From Promethearchaeati archaeon (GTDB lineage: Archaea > Asgardarchaeota > Heimdallarchaeia > Heimdallarchaeales > Heimdallarchaeaceae), in the NCBI GenBank assembly GCA_013166775.1, contig JABLTJ010000005.1:67993-131992 (forward strand): DNA of 64,000 bases, given 5' to 3'. The position numbers and the translations under genes were made by a program. The notes beneath the pieces are model-generated. The model did no database searches, was not told where the DNA came from, and saw nothing but the letters and a program-made list of their open reading frames with translations. How positions within the stretch are numbered: the stretch's first letter is position 1; each line of letters begins with the position of its first letter. This document shows, piece after piece, positions 62,024 to 64,000 of the stretch.

Positions 62024-62752
62024 ATGTCCCAAGCTTCACATGTAGGTTTTCTGCTTATTCATGGTTTAGGGAGTAATAATAAGGCTATGAAACCTTTAGA
62101 GCAGTTTCTCACTAGTCAAGGGTATGTTGTTGATAATATTTATCTTCCAGAATTTAATTCCACTCCAGAAGACTTGCAAGCTGTTGAATGGTTAGAATGG
62201 ATTAACTATTCACAAGAACGATTGAATATTCTCAAAGACCAGTGTAATTCTGTTTATGTTTCTGGTACTTCATCAGGGGGTGTAATTGCCCTCTATCTGT
62301 GTTCGACTAATAGAGATTTAGCTGGTGTAATCACTTTTGCTACTGCTGTTAAACCCTTTAATTTCATATCTTGGTTTGTTTACATTTTTCGTCCTATTCA
62401 ATTCATTTTCAGATGGATTAATGTGGGAAAACATAGGGAGAAATACATTGGGAAGTTTATAGATTGGTACGGTTATGATAGACTTCCTATGAGTGCTTTA
62501 ATTCAAACTGCTAGGTTATTGGATGTTATAGGTAGAAAACTTAAGCTTGTTCATCAACCTATCCTATTACTTCACGGGATTAATGATCGTTTGGTGCCTA
62601 TTAAAACAATGAAGCAGATAATTAGAAAAATAAAATCACGAGACATAACTACTGTTAAGATTCTTGAAGGAGGGCATTTAGTTCTACTAGATAGGGGCAG
62701 CAATCAAGCTTTGATAGAAATAGAAAAGTGGTTAGAAAAACGGATAGGATGA
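62024..62752 (+). CDS. Alpha/beta hydrolase (carboxylesterase-like)
   Basis: LLIHG, nucleophile GTSSGG, HG.ND.LVP, GGH. Confidence 0.88.
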   Translation: MSQASHVGFLLIHGLGSNNKAMKPLEQFLTSQGYVVDNIYLPEFNSTPEDLQAVEWLEWINYSQERLNILKDQCNSVYVSGTSSGGVIALYLCSTNRDLAGVITFATAVKPFNFISWFVYIFRPIQFIFRWINVGKHREKYIGKFIDWYGYDRLPMSALIQTARLLDVIGRKLKLVHQPILLLHGINDRLVPIKTMKQIIRKIKSRDITTVKILEGGHLVLLDRGSNQALIEIEKWLEKRIG

Positions 62753-62863
62753 AAATAATTAAGATTTGGATTCTTTTTATTCATATGTTCTTAAAGTATC
62801 TCAAAAGACTTATGTTCTGTAAAAAGAAAAAAAAGAAGTTTCCTAAACACCATTTTGGAAATT

Positions 62864-63751
62864 CTAATCTTCTGGTTTGAGATTCAATTTTCCTACAGCT
62901 AAGTGAACATCTTTAGGCCAAATGAAGATTCTATTGTAGGGTTTAACTTTGTAATATTCTTGTGGTTCATAGATTGTTAATGTGGTCATATCGAAACAGT
63001 ACCGTTCAACCCATCCATATTTTTCATATGAATTTAGGTTATCTCCATCAACTAACTTTTTTGTTACTTTCCAAAGCCTATGACACATTCTGAATTCATA
63101 TCCTGTTAGGGTGTTAGGATTTTTCCAAGCACCCGATTTATTATTAAAAGCATTTTTAGCAGCTTCTTGAAGTAGAACCAAATCCTTATACTTTGGTAAA
63201 CTTGGATAAATTGGGAACGATGCTCCCCAACCTGATTCAATCATAAGAAGATTGAAAGTAGCCATCTCTTTATAAGATAGAGCATTTCGTTCAGTTTTAG
63301 TATAACTTGGTGCTATATAAGCCAATAATCTTCCATATTGATCAAAATTCTCATCAGCTGTCCTGAGAAAAACTTTCCTTTTTCTCCCATCTGGTTTGGT
63401 AAGTTTTCGATCAAGGAGTTTTTCAAATTCCTTTGTTGCTAATTCCCCTTGTTCCTTTTGCAAGGTTCCTGCTTTTCCTGTCGCAAGTTTTTTTTGAAGA
63501 TAATCTCCTAGACCAGGATTTATAGGAGCTTTCTTTTCTTTTATCCAGTCCGCAAGCTCTTTAAACTTTCCATCATGATTTTTTGGATTTTCATTCCCTG
63601 GGTAATGCACTTCAGGAGTATCAACACTTAACATACGAATTGATATAGAAACATAAGGAGTATCTCCATCAGTAGTTTTTAAAAAATCCTTTTGTCCTAC
63701 TGAATCAAGTGTATATCCTCTAGGATCCCAAAATATCTTAACTTTTGTCAT
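62864..63751 (-). CDS. Thermonuclease (SNase) family protein
   Basis: DGDT, IRM..VDTPE, DQYGRLLAY, N..MI..G. Confidence 0.85.
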   Translation of the reverse strand: MTKVKIFWDPRGYTLDSVGQKDFLKTTDGDTPYVSISIRMLSVDTPEVHYPGNENPKNHDGKFKELADWIKEKKAPINPGLGDYLQKKLATGKAGTLQKEQGELATKEFEKLLDRKLTKPDGRKRKVFLRTADENFDQYGRLLAYIAPSYTKTERNALSYKEMATFNLLMIESGWGASFPIYPSLPKYKDLVLLQEAAKNAFNNKSGAWKNPNTLTGYEFRMCHRLWKVTKKLVDGDNLNSYEKYGWVERYCFDMTTLTIYEPQEYYKVKPYNRIFIWPKDVHLAVGKLNLKPED

Positions 63752-64000
63752 TTATTCACCTCCTTTTTGATAGAACTTAAAGACTATCTCCTTTAGATAT
63801 AAAAGTTTTATTTCTAAATTATCTAGCTAATATATACTGTTTTTTTTCCTGCACTGATCCATAACATCTTTCATAATCTATCTTTCATGTTCGATTTTGC
63901 TTCTAACAGTATTCTATATGTTCGTGTACTAGCTTTAAATAATCTCATTCAAATAGATATGTTGAAAGAAAATGAAGAAATCCTTTTCAAGAAAATGGAT

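Noticed and set aside
55752-64000. Integrated element at tRNA-Val
   Set aside because: No integrase and no duplicated tRNA 3' end seen in the window
63887-64000. Open plus-strand frame running off the window end
   Set aside because: Only 38 codons visible; cannot be assigned

Overview
AT-rich archaeal chromosome segment. The archaeal informational genes (pelota, Hjc, Pth2, L40e, DnaG, TruD, RPA32-like, TyrS) together with a bacterial-type gyrase, NfnAB and a group 4 [NiFe] hydrogenase suggest an Asgard/Heimdallarchaeia-like organism; this is inference only. Most of the window is housekeeping: an ABC exporter pair, gyrBA, a complex I-like membrane-bound hydrogenase split into two convergent operons with hypCDEF and hycI, RNA-modification genes, tRNA-Ser(GCT) and tRNA-Val(CAC). 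The main discovery is in the non-coding DNA. At 21209-21329 (-) there is a circularly permuted 5S rRNA gene: the 3' half precedes the 5' half, and helix I is closed by a UGCG tetraloop. Its ends form a bulge-helix-bulge (BHB)-like motif whose standard cleavage and ligation would regenerate the canonical CCUGAAAGUUAAG junction in a 121-nt circle. The SRP RNA gene (about 38882-39185, +) is also bracketed by a near-perfect BHB, suggesting splicing-endonuclease circularisation of stable RNAs in this organism. An unassigned, highly structured ~170-nt ncRNA candidate lies at 55520-55690 (-).
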